In this document: positions 10,201 to 23,000 of the stretch, piece by piece
Numbering within the stretch: position 1 is the first letter of the stretch
How the letters are laid out: the number at the start of each line of letters is the position of its first letter
NCBI GenBank assembly: GCA_004764695.1
Contig: SMSO01000035.1
Location: 3,918,040 to 3,982,039 of the forward strand
Length of the DNA stretch: 64,000 bases
Direction: 5' to 3'
Origin: Schizochytrium sp. TIO01
Taxonomy: Eukaryota; Protista; Bigyra: Labyrinthulomycetes
Translations under genes and position numbers: made by a program
Notes under the pieces: generated by a model
What the model was told of the DNA's origin: nothing
What the model saw: only the letters and a program-made list of their open reading frames with translations
The model's database searches: none

Positions 10201-13200
10201 AAGGCCAACAAGGTATCAGCGCCCAGCGCCGTACAAGTGCAATGCCCAACCTTGGTGGAGGCTATTTTGGATCGTACGGGGCAGACTCAGATGATCATTC
10301 ATTCCCAGGTGAAGTCAGCATTGAGGGACATGCACAAAAGCTTCGTGAAGTAGACCCTGAAATGTTTACATCCTCTGGAAGACGGTTAGACCGCAGCGAG
10401 ACCTTGGAGGCTAGGTCGTCAGGATATACCTCCGACTCTGGCGAGGTAGGCCCACGCCGCGCAAGTGCAATGCCCACGGCTCCGTTCTACCACCAAGGCG
10501 AGCAAGTCTTAGAGGACTGTCAAGATGCTTCGGAAGAATTTAACTCTTCCACTAGTCTGACGAATGATCAGTTGCGGCAGATAGATGGTGATATGTTTGA
10601 CAAGCAGGGTCGTCGATTGGATCGTAGCGAAACTTTCGACAATACGTCACCGCGAAACCAACAATTAGAAGGTAGTCGTCGCTTGAGTGCAATGCCTCGC
10701 TTGGCGGGCGCCAAAAATTCTTCCTCTGTGCACGATGAAATTCCAGAGGACCAGCGCTCACTACAATCTCAGTCGTCTTTTAGGCAAGGCTCCCTGGAGA
10801 AGGAGCTCCAAAGCGTGGATTTACAAGATCGACGCGATTTTGATCAGAGTATGTTTGATTCTGGGCGACGTCTTGACCGGAGTGAGAGTGCTGATCCTCA
10901 TACACAGCATGGCTCCGAAAGTGTAAATCGTCGAACAAGTGCGATGGCTTCTCTCGCAGGCGGCTATCTGCAGCACGAAGGTGAATTCGCAGATGAGGAT
11001 GCAAGTCGTCAAGGCTCTTCAGAAACAGCCTCTCAGTATAGCATTTACTCGAATGCAGATAGAGTAGCTCATGGCACCACACCCTCTTGTTCAAAGTCAC
11101 AAGATGGAAGTCCTAGCATGGCAGGTTCTATGAAGACTCGACGCGCATCTGCGATGCCAGACCTCAATGTAGGATCAATGCGTTCTGGCTCAATCAGTAG
11201 TGATGGGGACAGCCAAGCCGACTCGAATTCCGAACGTCGTGCTAGCGCGGTTCCAGGCCTTATGGCCAACTATCTAAGTGGATTTCGCAATAATGATAAG
11301 GGTACTTTAAATAATGGTGTTCAAAGTAGTCAGAACGGAGTTTCGACCCAGCAAAGCACTCAGCCATCACGCCGCCGAAGCTCGTTAATGTCATTTTCCC
11401 CTTTTATTGGCAGCATTGCTGAGGCCAGCAATGAGGAGGACGACTATGATGAGGACGATGCTGTAGCTGAGAAGGGATCTATGTCGCCTCCTTCATACCC
11501 TCCTCCACATGGTACTAGCAAGTCACGAGTGTCAACTATTCCTGATGAATTTCGTCCTGAAAATGTGTTCTCCGGAGCTAACTTATTATTTGGTCGTCAC
11601 CCTGCGTCGACCTCGCCAACATCGAAAGATGAAGGACAAGAGCATGAAATTAAGCAAGGTCAGCATGGCCATCTTCCAGGGCCAATTTCTATTCCGTCAG
11701 ATGGACCAAATGCAGACGCCAATGGTTTCCAAATTCCAGCTCTTCGCAGCGCGTCATCCCCACAGCAACATCCTATGCAGCAAAAACTCAATCATAACGA
11801 TGGCAGTGACCCAATGGCAAATGCATCTGTCCGTGCACTTGCGCCTCTGCGTGGGTATTTAGAGAAGCGAGCCCGTCATGGCCGCCAGCAATGGCAAAAA
11901 CGCTACTTTACATTGGATGACCGCAATCTTAGGTATTTTGAATCTGAGCGTCAAGCAACGAACAAATCGCGCGACTCAGGACAGCTGGCTCTCGCGCGTA
12001 TTGATTTGAACAAAGTCAGCCACGTTGAGTCTGAGGATGGCGATGATGGATTTCAATTTGGTGTTTATGGTCGAGGTGCTCTTGGAGTTCTTGTTCTTCT
12101 TCGCTCCGAAACAGCTCACGAACGCGAGCTATGGCTTGCTGCTCTCCGCGCTCGTATTGTTAAAGATCCAACTCCTGCACTTAAGACACAGCACGCACAA
12201 AATGGGGGCGAACAAATTTTTGCGCGTTGCATAGAAACTGTTTCGAGCTCTGAACCAGGTATGCTACGCATTTCACGCGGGGATACAATTCGTGTCCTGC
12301 AGAAATCTGATGGTGATCGTTGGTGGATCGGAGAAGTGAAGGGTCGCATTGGCAATTTCCTCCCTGAAAAAGTTGTACTCATATCTTCTCAAGAGGCAAT
12401 GAATGGCGGCGCGGGATCCGCACAACGCCCGTCTTATGAGTCTTCACCAGAGTTTGGATCGATTTCTTCCCGAATGAGTGCCCGAATGTCATCCACGTCT
12501 GATAACGAGGGTCTCCGGACAGAATTAAACCGTGTGGAGCGTCGAATCGAAGCCCGTCAAAAGAGGGATGACCTGGAAGCACTTTTAAACTCTCTGGGCG
12601 TAGAGCCTATGAAGTCCCCGGAGGAGTACCCTACAGAAAGCTATATCCGGTATATGCAAGAACGTCTCAAAGACCTAAACGTTCGCAACCACAAGTTGTT
12701 GGCCGAGGTACGGAGTTTAGAGTGGAAACTTGATCATCAAGATCCCGGACCTGCTGCCCCGAACGCATATCTTCTTGTTAGCTACAGCAAGCTTCTCACT
12801 TACATGCGTTCTAACCCTCGTCTTCTGGTCCAAGTTGGGGCAAGTCTTGAAAAGCATGAGCAATCTAGTTTTTCAGGTATTGTAGCAGATGCCCTGTTTG
12901 ACGAGTATTCTGTCGACGAACAAGCGTTTGAAGATCTCGTAGAATTGGCGGTTGATATGTTGTGGGACCAAGGGCTCCCTACTTTGGATAATATGCGCCG
13001 TCGGGATGCTAATCTTGATACAGAAGATGAGTTCCTTCCGAGCTTACTCGCATCCTTCGTACGTCGTACTGAACCTCGCCGTTATCTCGACAAGATCCTT
13101 GGATCTATCAAGGAGGATTTTGTAAGCACGCTAACCAACATGGGAGAAACACGAGTCAAGGTGATGGAACTTGCTTGCTTATTCATGGATGTTATCGCAA

Positions 13201-14456
13201 GTGATGCAGGCCTTGATATGATTCCCCAATGTATTTGCAACGTAGGTGCTATGCTTTTTGATATCGGAGGCGTCTCAATCCTTCACAGATTTCTCTTTGA
13301 GACCATCTTTGTACCTCCATTGTTTTGGCCTGGATTTCTTCCTGATAAAGAATCACTTGGAGATCCAGCCCTTTTTCGGCGTATGCGTATGCGCCTAGAC
13401 GGCCTAGTTGAGTTTTTATGTGAGGAGCTTAGCCAAGATCAGTCCGGATCTACACAACCCAGCAATGCACGCCGTTTGCTGACGCGCTTGACATCTAAGC
13501 TGGTCCGCAAGATTGTAGATGGCGCAGGTCCATCTGCTACACATAAGCCGGTTGAGCTCTGCGACCTTGTTGTTGTCTCTTGTGAGGATCTCTATGTCCT
13601 TCAGGCTTCCATCAATCACTGGGCACGTAAATTTCGTGCGCCAGAACCTTTGCTGGAGATCCTTTCTCAAATAGGAGACTCATCCAGTGTAACCCCTGCT
13701 TCTGCGAATGCACAACCTTATTTGGTATTGCGGCTTTCACCAGTTGGGCCTGAAACATCAATGACTGCTGCAACTCCGCTAGAGAAAGAGACTTTGCGTC
13801 TTTTGATTAAGGCACGTAGTAAGATTGATTCGTCACGAGACTCGTGGAACGCTCAACGTGACGGGGAACTTTTGGATCAGCTTGAGTCTAAACTAGAAGG
13901 GGCGAAACAAGCAATGGCTGGTCAACGGCGAATCCAATTTGGGGCAGACGTAGCAGAACGGTATACAAGTAAGTTAGAGCAAGAACGCGAGCACCTTCTC
14001 TATAAACTAGAATCCCGGCGTGCTTTGACCTCTGGAAATACCCGCCCAGGGCTACCAATGCACACAAACAATTACCCAAAATCCTATCGGGCTGCCGGGC
14101 TCGTTCCATCCCTGATGGATCAGTCTTACATTTCAGATGGGAAACAGTCTTCAATACTCTCAATTACAGACGATGATGATGTCCCAGCACGTCCTCTGCG
14201 CCAAGCACCTCCGAGTCATTATTCAAATTTTACACTGGACGAAGTTGATGAAGTTGAAGGCTTTGGGTTTAACAACAACTATGATCTTCAAGAATCTGAA
14301 AAACGTGAAGATGACGATGTTGATGATGAATGGATTACCGACTCGATGTATGGTCATAAGGAGTTTACATCTTCACCAACAAAGAATAGAAATGATTCTC
14401 ACAGCGAACACTTGGGGGACCTTTTGTCAACAGTATTTAGCCCCTTTGATTTATAA
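7221..14456 (+). CDS. Large scaffold protein: 8 WW domains, Ser-rich RRLDRSET/RRxSAMP repeats, PH, SH3, coiled coil and degenerate RasGAP-like domain; reading frame broken by +1 near 9850-9900
   Basis: Exons 7221-7304 (GAG|GTAAGT), 7831-7875 (CAG|...GAG|GTAGGT) and 7973 onward (CTAAC branch, CACAG|); splicing reconstitutes WW1 and WW2. WW motifs W-x-D-x-(T/S)GRxFY(F/Y)N-x-W-x-x-P; PH LRGYLEKR...WQKRYFTL...W; SH3 GDTIRVL...WWIGEVKGRIGNF; the same repeat family occurs in both ORF 7889-9949 and ORF 9747-14456. Confidence 0.8.
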
Positions 14457-14788
14457 ATTTCATAGTTTATTTTGTGTTGATGCTCAATTCTAGCTTGGTA
14501 CTGCTACAATACCTCATTGTAGTGTAATAAACACATCTATTACCCCCCACACTCCATCCTTTCTTAAAAGGACGTGATCTATTTCAAGTATTTCTGGATT
14601 CGAGACAACAAAGTGTAGGAATGCCGATGTTAAAGCCCATCCACAATTTATTAAAGTACAGAAGCGGAAAGAGTATGGTAAATGGGAGAATGCCACAGCA
14701 ACAAGCCTAGACTCCTAAAAATGAAGCATAACAACCTTAACCTGCTTATCGTTTATGTTACGTCCTACTAAACGACAAGATTCGTGCT

Positions 14789-16308
14789 TTATCTTCTTGC
14801 AGCACACTTGAATTCAATTGAACTTGATACAAGAAAAGGGGAAATAAGTGGTGTATGCTTCAGAATAGATATTACCCTATTTTCAAGCATAATTCGCTGA
14901 CGGAGATACTTGTGATGTAGAGCCACCCGTTCAGCAGGCCACTCCTGCAATGACGAGGTGAGATCAGTTTTTATGATCAAACTGTTCAAATCTTCGATAC
15001 AAAAGCGGCCAAGAGGAGAGACTGGTAGGCCTTGCTTATGGCATATAGCGCGGAGTGTTTGGAGTTGTTTAGACATTTTTTCTAGCTCTTGGGTTTTAAG
15101 ACGCATTTCTCCGAGAATAATGTTCATATTAAGAAAATTATAGTTTGTTGAAGAAAGGTATAGAGGTGATGTCGTGGATCTTCATTTTGTAAAGATTTTG
15201 GTAGTTAGTGCATATGCTTTATAGTATACGGCCTTATTAAACTTACGCCCAGGCTGTCAAATCTTGCAGGGTGCAATTCTCTGTGATAGCATCCTGAATC
15301 AACCGGAAATCATGTTTATGTACAGCAGAAAAGCATATTGTTTGAAGACTTCTATTTTTGGATAAACCATCCTTCACCCAGGCTACCTGATCCGACGACA
15401 GTCCTAGAAGATCCAGGCAAAGATATGAGATTCGCTGCGTTGTACAAAGCAAATGGCGTAATGCCAACACAGAGTTGTCGCTAACAATATCTGGATTTTC
15501 TTGTAGGCTCAGTGAGCAAAGAGACGAAGTTTGAATACTTGTTGCAGCAAACAAATCCGCACAGTGTTCAGACAAGATTGCACAGCTAGATACACTGAGC
15601 TCTCTAAATACTGATGATGCATTTTTTGCGCTTTCTCGAATGAGTGCGCCGAGACTCGGACCGATGTTTGTGTTACCATCCAATGTTAAACTTTGTAAAG
15701 TCTGATTCATAGCTAACGCTTGACCAAAACGAGGCAATGTATCAGCAGTAAGACCGCAGCTTGTAAGTCTGCGTTTTATGTCCTTGTGTCTTTGCGTTAA
15801 TGGCACCATTCACGTATATAAGGAGACGATATACTCACCTTAAAACCTGAAGCGTCGAGTTAATGCGCAAGGCTTCTGCAACAATAATACCTCCCTGAGA
15901 ACCTAATAAATTGTTTGAAAGACTTTTTAAAGCACGTTGTCAGAGTCACAGGAGCTTGTTCAATATACACGACTATTCTTTCCATGTGAGATCGATCCAC
16001 TTACTCAAGGATTCTTATAGAATTGTTATGCGCAAGTTCGTTTGCAAATTCTGTAACACATGGCCGACACATTGATGCATTAAATAAACTAAACAATACA
16101 GTTTGTGAGCGAAAATTGAAACAATTACAATCTGCATGCACAGATGCGTAGAGCGATCTTACCTGAGTTCAACAATCTGGGCGAACCTGGTTGGATCAAA
16201 ACAGGAAGGCATGCCAGATTCCTGGACTGATTTTCGACAGCAACAACGGACAAACTTGCTGCAGTCAGAAGTCCCTTCATGTTCAGCTTCATCTTTTATA
16301 TTTTCCAT
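14789..16308 (-). CDS. Ribonuclease-inhibitor-type (NLRC3/RNI-like) leucine-rich repeat protein, 5 exons
   Basis: Exons 16308-16163, 16088-16005, 15922-15839, 15768-15247, 15179-14789 joined by GT-AG introns of 74, 82, 70 and 67 nt give a continuous frame with 28-aa LRRs (NNSIRILDLSNNLLGSQGGIIVAEALRINSTLQVLRLTSCGL, NQTLQSLTLDGN); start codon uncertain. Confidence 0.8.
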
Positions 16309-17717
16309 GGAATTTGCAATTGTCTTCAGCCTCAACGATGGGTGGGTCAGAGCTTGAAGCTAGCGATGGGATAGAGCTTGAAGCTGTCTTCTCCCAGCGA
16401 AACCGATCTCTACTATCACTCTCTCCAAGTCAACAACAAACTCGACTAAACTAAGGTAGTCAACCACAAGTAAGCATGCTGCATATGCGCAGGAGCATAT
16501 ACGATCTACAGCGGCCTTTATCCTGTCATCAGAAGCTTTTTGATGTGACCAAAACAAGATTGTATGAATTTTTATTTTTATTTTTCCTCAACGATGTTAA
16601 CTACTAGGCAAGTACGTAGGTAGTTAGGTAGTACCTACACTGTATGGGTCTCTTCTTCAATAGGAAGGGTTGACTTACTCATGAAGTTATGTTTTCACCA
16701 TTATACTAGATTCCACATTGTACATACCCAGATAGAGCCACCTTCGGAGTGACGACAACACCTAGCATTTCTGTCTAAATCTCTGAATTAATGACAGAAA
16801 TTAACAGCTTAAGACGTCGGATGTACAGTTGTAAGGATTTCACTGGTGATTGCACAATTTGCGGCCTACTTTCTTGCAACTTGTCTTATCGAGAATATGG
16901 TGTAACAATGTCCAACTGTCAATACTCCATGACCCGACACAGTGTTATATGCTACTCTTGACAATTAATATGGATCTACTTCCAAATCAAGTACACATGG
17001 CATAAGACCCACACAAATGAAACTACAGTTAATCTCTATAAAAACGTGGTTTCGTTAGTAAAAATGTCGTAAATCTAGTTTTGAAACAAATCCCCTGACA
17101 ACGAGATTCACATTTACAGAGATAATATGCTAGTCCGTACTTTTATTCTTTTTCCCTAGATTTAAAATGACTAAAATGAGGAGAGAATAAGGAAAAGCTT
17201 CTCTTATCTTTAAATTCTATCTACGGTAAATTACCGAAGAAAACGATGAATAAGTACCTCGTAGGGTAAGCAAGAGACTCAGTAGGACTTGTCGTTTGGG
17301 AAGAGTCATGATTGTAAATGATTAATTGCAAACGAAGAGAGGGTACCAAAGGTATGTATGACATTGCCGTGTTGCTCTACCTTATTTTGCCTTGTCGTTT
17401 TGTAGCGCTAAATTGACTCTCCCCCAAGTTAAAGCATTTCTGAAACCTAAATGTAGAAACTAGTTGAGTAAATCCCTTCTCAGCTGCCCTCTTCTGCGAG
17501 ATAAATATTTTATATATATATTTGCTCAAAAGTGAATACTCTTTCAAATAATAAACTAAGAACTTGAGATCATTTGAATTTTGATTTTTTTTTTTTTAAA
17601 TCAAATAAGAAAGCGAGATAATTTGATCTTTTCAGATTGATGAAATCCGAAACAGTATTGCGAGGTCACATTTCTCTCAGGATTTAATAATAGAGTTTGT
17701 GGAATGCTGCTTTTTGC

Positions 17718-18806
17718 TTACATGCGACTGGCAGGTGATTGAGGAGTTGACGTTTGCTTCAGGAGCCAAGTTGCAAGAATACGATTGATATCTGCTTCAA
17801 CTTCTCGCTGTACCCAATGACCAGCAACGACATGTTCACGGTCGAGATGTTCAAAGAGCGCCTCCATACCACGTGAGGCCTCCGGGGTGAGAACTGCATC
17901 GTGTTCTGCAGTCACCATGAGACAAGGCACCTTGACCTTGCGTTGATACACGCCCCTTTCATGGTCCCAGGCCACGTTTTTGTCAATATTACGATACCAA
18001 TTCAAAGGAGGGGTGAACCCTGTCCTTGAAAAAGCATTGATGTACTCATCCATCTCTTCTTCAGACCATAGAGGATCCCGTTGAATGTCTGATGGAGCGT
18101 AGTATAGAACACCACGATTGTTGTCTTTGCGTACCTTACCAGTGCGCATCCCAACACGCATATTATCTTGATCCTTGCGACGGTCGCCTGACACCTGTGA
18201 GCGAAAGAATGCGTAAATAGTTCTCCGGATGTCAGTCTCAAGCTCTTGCTCAGGAATGTTGGGTTGATTAAAGTACACAGAGTAGTCTAGCTGGCCACAA
18301 GACTCAGAAGGCTGAGTAAGCATGTATTCCATGGGTCCTTTGCAGCCTGCAGCCTCCCAAGCAGGTCGTAATTGTTCATAAAGAGACACGGGTGTATTAA
18401 GAGAGATCACGCCAAGACAGCGATCGGGGTGATGAAAGACTTGAGCCCAAACTACCATGCCACCCCAATCATGTCCCACAAAATAGGCCTTCTTGACACC
18501 GAAGTGGTCCAGAAGCCCATTGAGATCTCCGGTGAGCTGCTCGAGGCCATATGCAGTAGTTTCCCGTGGCGTAGAGCTCTTTCCGTAGCCTCGCATGTCT
18601 GGAGCCACGGTTCGAAATCCTGCTTGCGCCACAGCTCTCATTTGCGCTCTCCAGCTGATATGAAGTTCAGGAAAACCGTGCACAAAGACTACAAGATCAT
18701 TGCGGCATTTATCTTCCGGGCACCCTACATCCAAGGGCTCAAGTGCTGCATAGTAGAGGTCCACTTCAGGCGCCACACGCGCAATACCTTCCCGCATTCC
18801 TTGCAT
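17718..18806 (-). CDS. Soluble epoxide hydrolase (alpha/beta hydrolase, EPHX2 C-terminal-domain-like) with peroxisomal PTS1
   Basis: HGFPE oxyanion motif, PDMRGYGKS, GHDWGG nucleophile, lid Tyr (LNWYRN), catalytic D (EHDAVL) and H (GHWVQ); C-terminus SRM; first in-frame ATG at 18806, although the frame is open further upstream. Confidence 0.9.
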   Translation of the reverse strand: MQGMREGIARVAPEVDLYYAALEPLDVGCPEDKCRNDLVVFVHGFPELHISWRAQMRAVAQAGFRTVAPDMRGYGKSSTPRETTAYGLEQLTGDLNGLLDHFGVKKAYFVGHDWGGMVVWAQVFHHPDRCLGVISLNTPVSLYEQLRPAWEAAGCKGPMEYMLTQPSESCGQLDYSVYFNQPNIPEQELETDIRRTIYAFFRSQVSGDRRKDQDNMRVGMRTGKVRKDNNRGVLYYAPSDIQRDPLWSEEEMDEYINAFSRTGFTPPLNWYRNIDKNVAWDHERGVYQRKVKVPCLMVTAEHDAVLTPEASRGMEALFEHLDREHVVAGHWVQREVEADINRILATWLLKQTSTPQSPASRM

Positions 18807-20032
18807 CTTGGCCTTTGCCTTGACTCTTGCGTCAACTGGTGAAACAGGGTCAACAGGGTCCCAGTGAACCAAGTGGACTAGAGTTATTAATGGTTCTAGA
18901 ACTGCAACGACAATGGTGAGTTCAAGTCAAACCTCCTGCTGAAGTCCATTCAGGTTTGGTGTCTTATTATGACAAAACTTTGACATACGTAGTAACTTCT
19001 TTTGAGTAAAATATTGGACCGCATTGAAGGTCTTTACTTCTTTCTATCTTTTGTTTCTTTTTTGTTTCTTTTTTCAAGAAAACTTTTAAACTTTTTATTA
19101 TTATTAAATTTTCTGTATTTCATGTAAAGATCGATTTTGCAGGAAAAGTTGCAAAATCTTGATTCGAGAGAGACCAGTGATACGGAAATCGATCGTTGAG
19201 TAAATAAGAACCTGTAGGACCCATGATTCTAATCCACTGGGCTTGTGGTATCAACCTTGTCGATATTTTCAGTCCTTTTCTTTTGTTTTTGTTGGGGCGG
19301 ACTGAAAAATGGAGAAGTACAACAGGGCTATTAAGACCCGAAAGCATAGTGTTTCTACAGAACCCACAAACATTATGAAAAGAGGAGATCAAAAACTCGC
19401 AGCCGTCAAAGGCCAGCAATGACTCACATGGCAGCGAATGCTCAACATCGTGGACGCATTATTCCCCGTACTTTCCTCGCAGCTTTTACCCGCTTCGTTG
19501 ATTCGTGTTACACCGAGACGTGCGTTTCATTAACGATGATGTTGGCCCATTTCATCAGCAAAGCCGATTGTACCAACAAAACTTTTTCGGAACTACCATA
19601 GTAGCTCCAAATTAATACAATCACTCATAAGTATTAGCCCCGTCTAACTAATCCCATGACGATCTGGGTAACAAACACTCCATACCTCTCGAGATCAAAA
19701 GCTTGCAGAAGTAGGTGGGCAGGTACCAAACACGACACGTACCTGCAAACAACATACAAATGAAATTCTAAATTTGCATAATTGAATGAATTGTGTTAAA
19801 ATAAATAATCACAAGGCAAAGGATAAAACCTGTAGGACAGAGGAGATAAACAAAACAAACAAAATAGATTCAATGGTTTTTTTTTTTAATGAATGTAGGT
19901 AGAGCAAGCCACGGAAGCTTCTCCATGAAGTAGGTGACAAGGAATTGCCTGACCGCCTCAAACAGCAGTACTACCTGTAGGGCCCTTCCAAAATTTTGGA
20001 AGAAAGTAACAAACAAGGTAATGCAACAGAAT

Positions 20033-23000
20033 TTATTTGGCGCGGTCGGAGGCAAGAACTGCATAATCAAGAATGAGACTCGAAATATCGCGAGCCTGCT
20101 GCGTCACATATTGAAGCTTGGACTTCTTATTGGTGTTGCGGTCGTACACCAGCAGCCAGAACTGAGTGGATGATCCACCCCAGCGGTGAATGTCAGCAAA
20201 GCTCCAGCTGTTGATGATGACACGTGCCAGTGAGAGGTGATGCACTCCCTCGTAAGACACGGACAGAATCTCGTCAGCAGCCTCTTCGTGCGTACGTACG
20301 TAGAAGAAGGCGTGGCCCCAGAGCGGCATTTTAGAGACTCGTCCAAGGTAATCAGCCTGAAGATCCTCAAGCGTGCGCTTTGCAACCTTGCCACGGGCAG
20401 CGAGAATGATCTTGGCCCAAGCACTATCGGGCTTACGCATACGCCACGGCGCCGGCAAGTATTCCATAAGAGACTCGTCAAGAAGTTCTTGCTCTGTAGC
20501 AGGGAACTCTTCACAGTCCGCAGCGATGGCCATGGCAGTCAACGTAACAACGTCGGGTTCCTTTGTCACTGGAATAGAGCCGTCAATGATCATATCTGCA
20601 GCTTGCAAGTACATGAGACGCGAAAAGACCATGTCTGTAGAAGGTCGTTCGTTTCCACCGAAAAAGAGTTTCCTCTTGTACACAAAGCGGAACGAACGCC
20701 GCGAACGAGTTAGTGCCACAACAATGTCTCCCATGTAATCCTTGTTCCGAAGAGGCCGAGGAGTTCGCGGAGGCATGGGAGATGTCACAGCAGATGGCAA
20801 TGGAGGCGGGGGAGGCTCATCAGACGGAGGGCCAGGCTCATCGGGGTGCGGGGCTCTCGCGGCCGAGTATCCAGAGTTGTACACAGGGCTTGCGTCTTCT
20901 TCATCGTCCTCTCCGTCAACAACCCAAATACCAAAGAACTTTTCGCGTTCATCAGTGAGCGAGAGGAAGTGGCCACAGATCTCAAGAACCTTCTCGACGT
21001 TGAGATCAGGAGTAATTGGTAAGTCGCTTGTTAGTTCAGTACCGTCAACAAGCTCGATTGTAGCAAGGATGGGAGGACGCTCCTTGTATGCGAGGATTTC
21101 GTCAATGTTGGGAACGAAGCCAGAAGCTCCGCGAATGAGCATACCATCGAGACGACGAAGAGCGTAGCGAGAGTAGGAACCCACAAGGCCACCCACATGA
21201 ACGTGCTCGAGTAGAAAGTTCAAGAGGTACATCTTAAAGTCGTCAGACGGAGGAAAGGTACCGACGGCCATACACATGAGCTGCCAGGCACGTCCAACAG
21301 ACTCGGGCTTGGGGTTGTTGGTGAGATGCTTACAAAGCTGGATGTAAATCTCATCAACCAGATCTGGTAGCTCGAGACCCTTGATAAGAACGTCCTGAGC
21401 CAGAGTAGCAGGGAAACTCATTAACTGCTCCCCGCAATATCCAAGAATTGAGCGGTGGATGTTGATGGCGGTCTTGTTGAGCTCCTTATCAAGCTCGAGA
21501 ATAGAACGAGGGATCACCGTCTTTTGGTACTGCAACTTCAACTCAGCCACACGCTTCTTGTTAAAGTAAAGCCCCTTGACGTAATCACCATCAGTGCGAA
21601 TACGGTAGAACTTCCTGAATTGATAGCGTTCATGTTGAGCCTGCTTGACATTCTTAGCACGATGTTCTTCGAATTCTTCCTCATCCATATCCTGATTAAC
21701 ATCGCGCTCGGGAATGCGTTCTGAACGGGGCCTGGAGTTCTCGATATCATTAATCATCTTTTTCACGCGAGTAACCATCTCGATGGTCATATCAAGGTCG
21801 TTAGCGTGGTCCAAAGCACGTTTAAGAGCATCGAGCTTGTTAGATGCAATAGCCTCAGTAAGCTCCTTTTGCACAACAATCTGCTCCATGCACTTTTGCT
21901 CAAGGTTGATGGCAGATTGGAGAACGGGGGTATCTTCGTGCATGCCCATCTTTGTAGCCTTCTTGATTGCGCGGGTAAGGTGACGAATGTCCTCGAGCTG
22001 AATACCCTTTTGGCTTTCGGTAATCGTGGCCAGGGTGTTCATGTTTGCCTCAAGCTCCTTCGTAATCTCATCCATGTCTTCGAGCTGGTTAGCCTCGCTG
22101 AGCAGATCATTGATCTCATTGCTGGCAACGCCGAGCTCAAGCACACGGGTCTTAAGGTCTGCAATGCGATCGAGATCCTTCTCTTGGGCAGCCTCACGAA
22201 GCTCATCTTTAATCTTGTCAACACGTTCCTCACGATCACGCTGCTGCTTAGCCTTTTCAGCACGAATTTGCTCCTGCTCTTCGGCCGAAGCTTCCTCAAG
22301 TGACTTGTCAATCATGTCTTGGCCCTCCTGAATCTCGGGATGTTTGATACCCATATCGTCGGCCTCATCCATAGCCTCCTTGAGTGCATCCATATCGTGA
22401 GCGTCGATAGCAGAGCGAACAGCAGCGATAATGCGTTCTTCTTCTTCAAGACGATCCTTCAGAGCCAGAGCCTGACGAGCAACCTTGCTATCCTCAAGGC
22501 CAAGATCCTTTGCCTTTTCTAGGGCTGCCGTGATGGAAGCGAGGTCACGTTCATCGATGGCATCCTTAAGACCTTCCATGCAACGTTTCTCTTCCTCGAT
22601 GACTTTGATGAGGGATCGAGCCTCGTCAAGCTCCGGGGGGGAGTAATCAATCTGCTCCGAAGCACTAACAGCCGTTCGAAGGGCGTTAATGTCTCGTTTG
22701 CCCAAGGCTTCATTGAGAAGCTTGAGAACACGACGTTCCTCCTCGAGTGTTTCCTTAAGATCCCACGCCTCTTGCACAACCGAAATTGTAGAGCCTTGGT
22801 TCGGAAGGTCAGCCGCTTGTTCAAGACCATCCTTAAGCAGGTCATAATCGCGACGCTTAATACCAGCGCGGAGCTGGTCCAGGGTAGCAATGTACTTGAC
22901 ATACTGACAACGAGCGATGAAACGGCGAGCGACAGCCTGTAAGAGCACAGCATGCTGGCGAAGAGCAATCTCACGGGCGGCCTCAAGATCGTTGTAAGGT

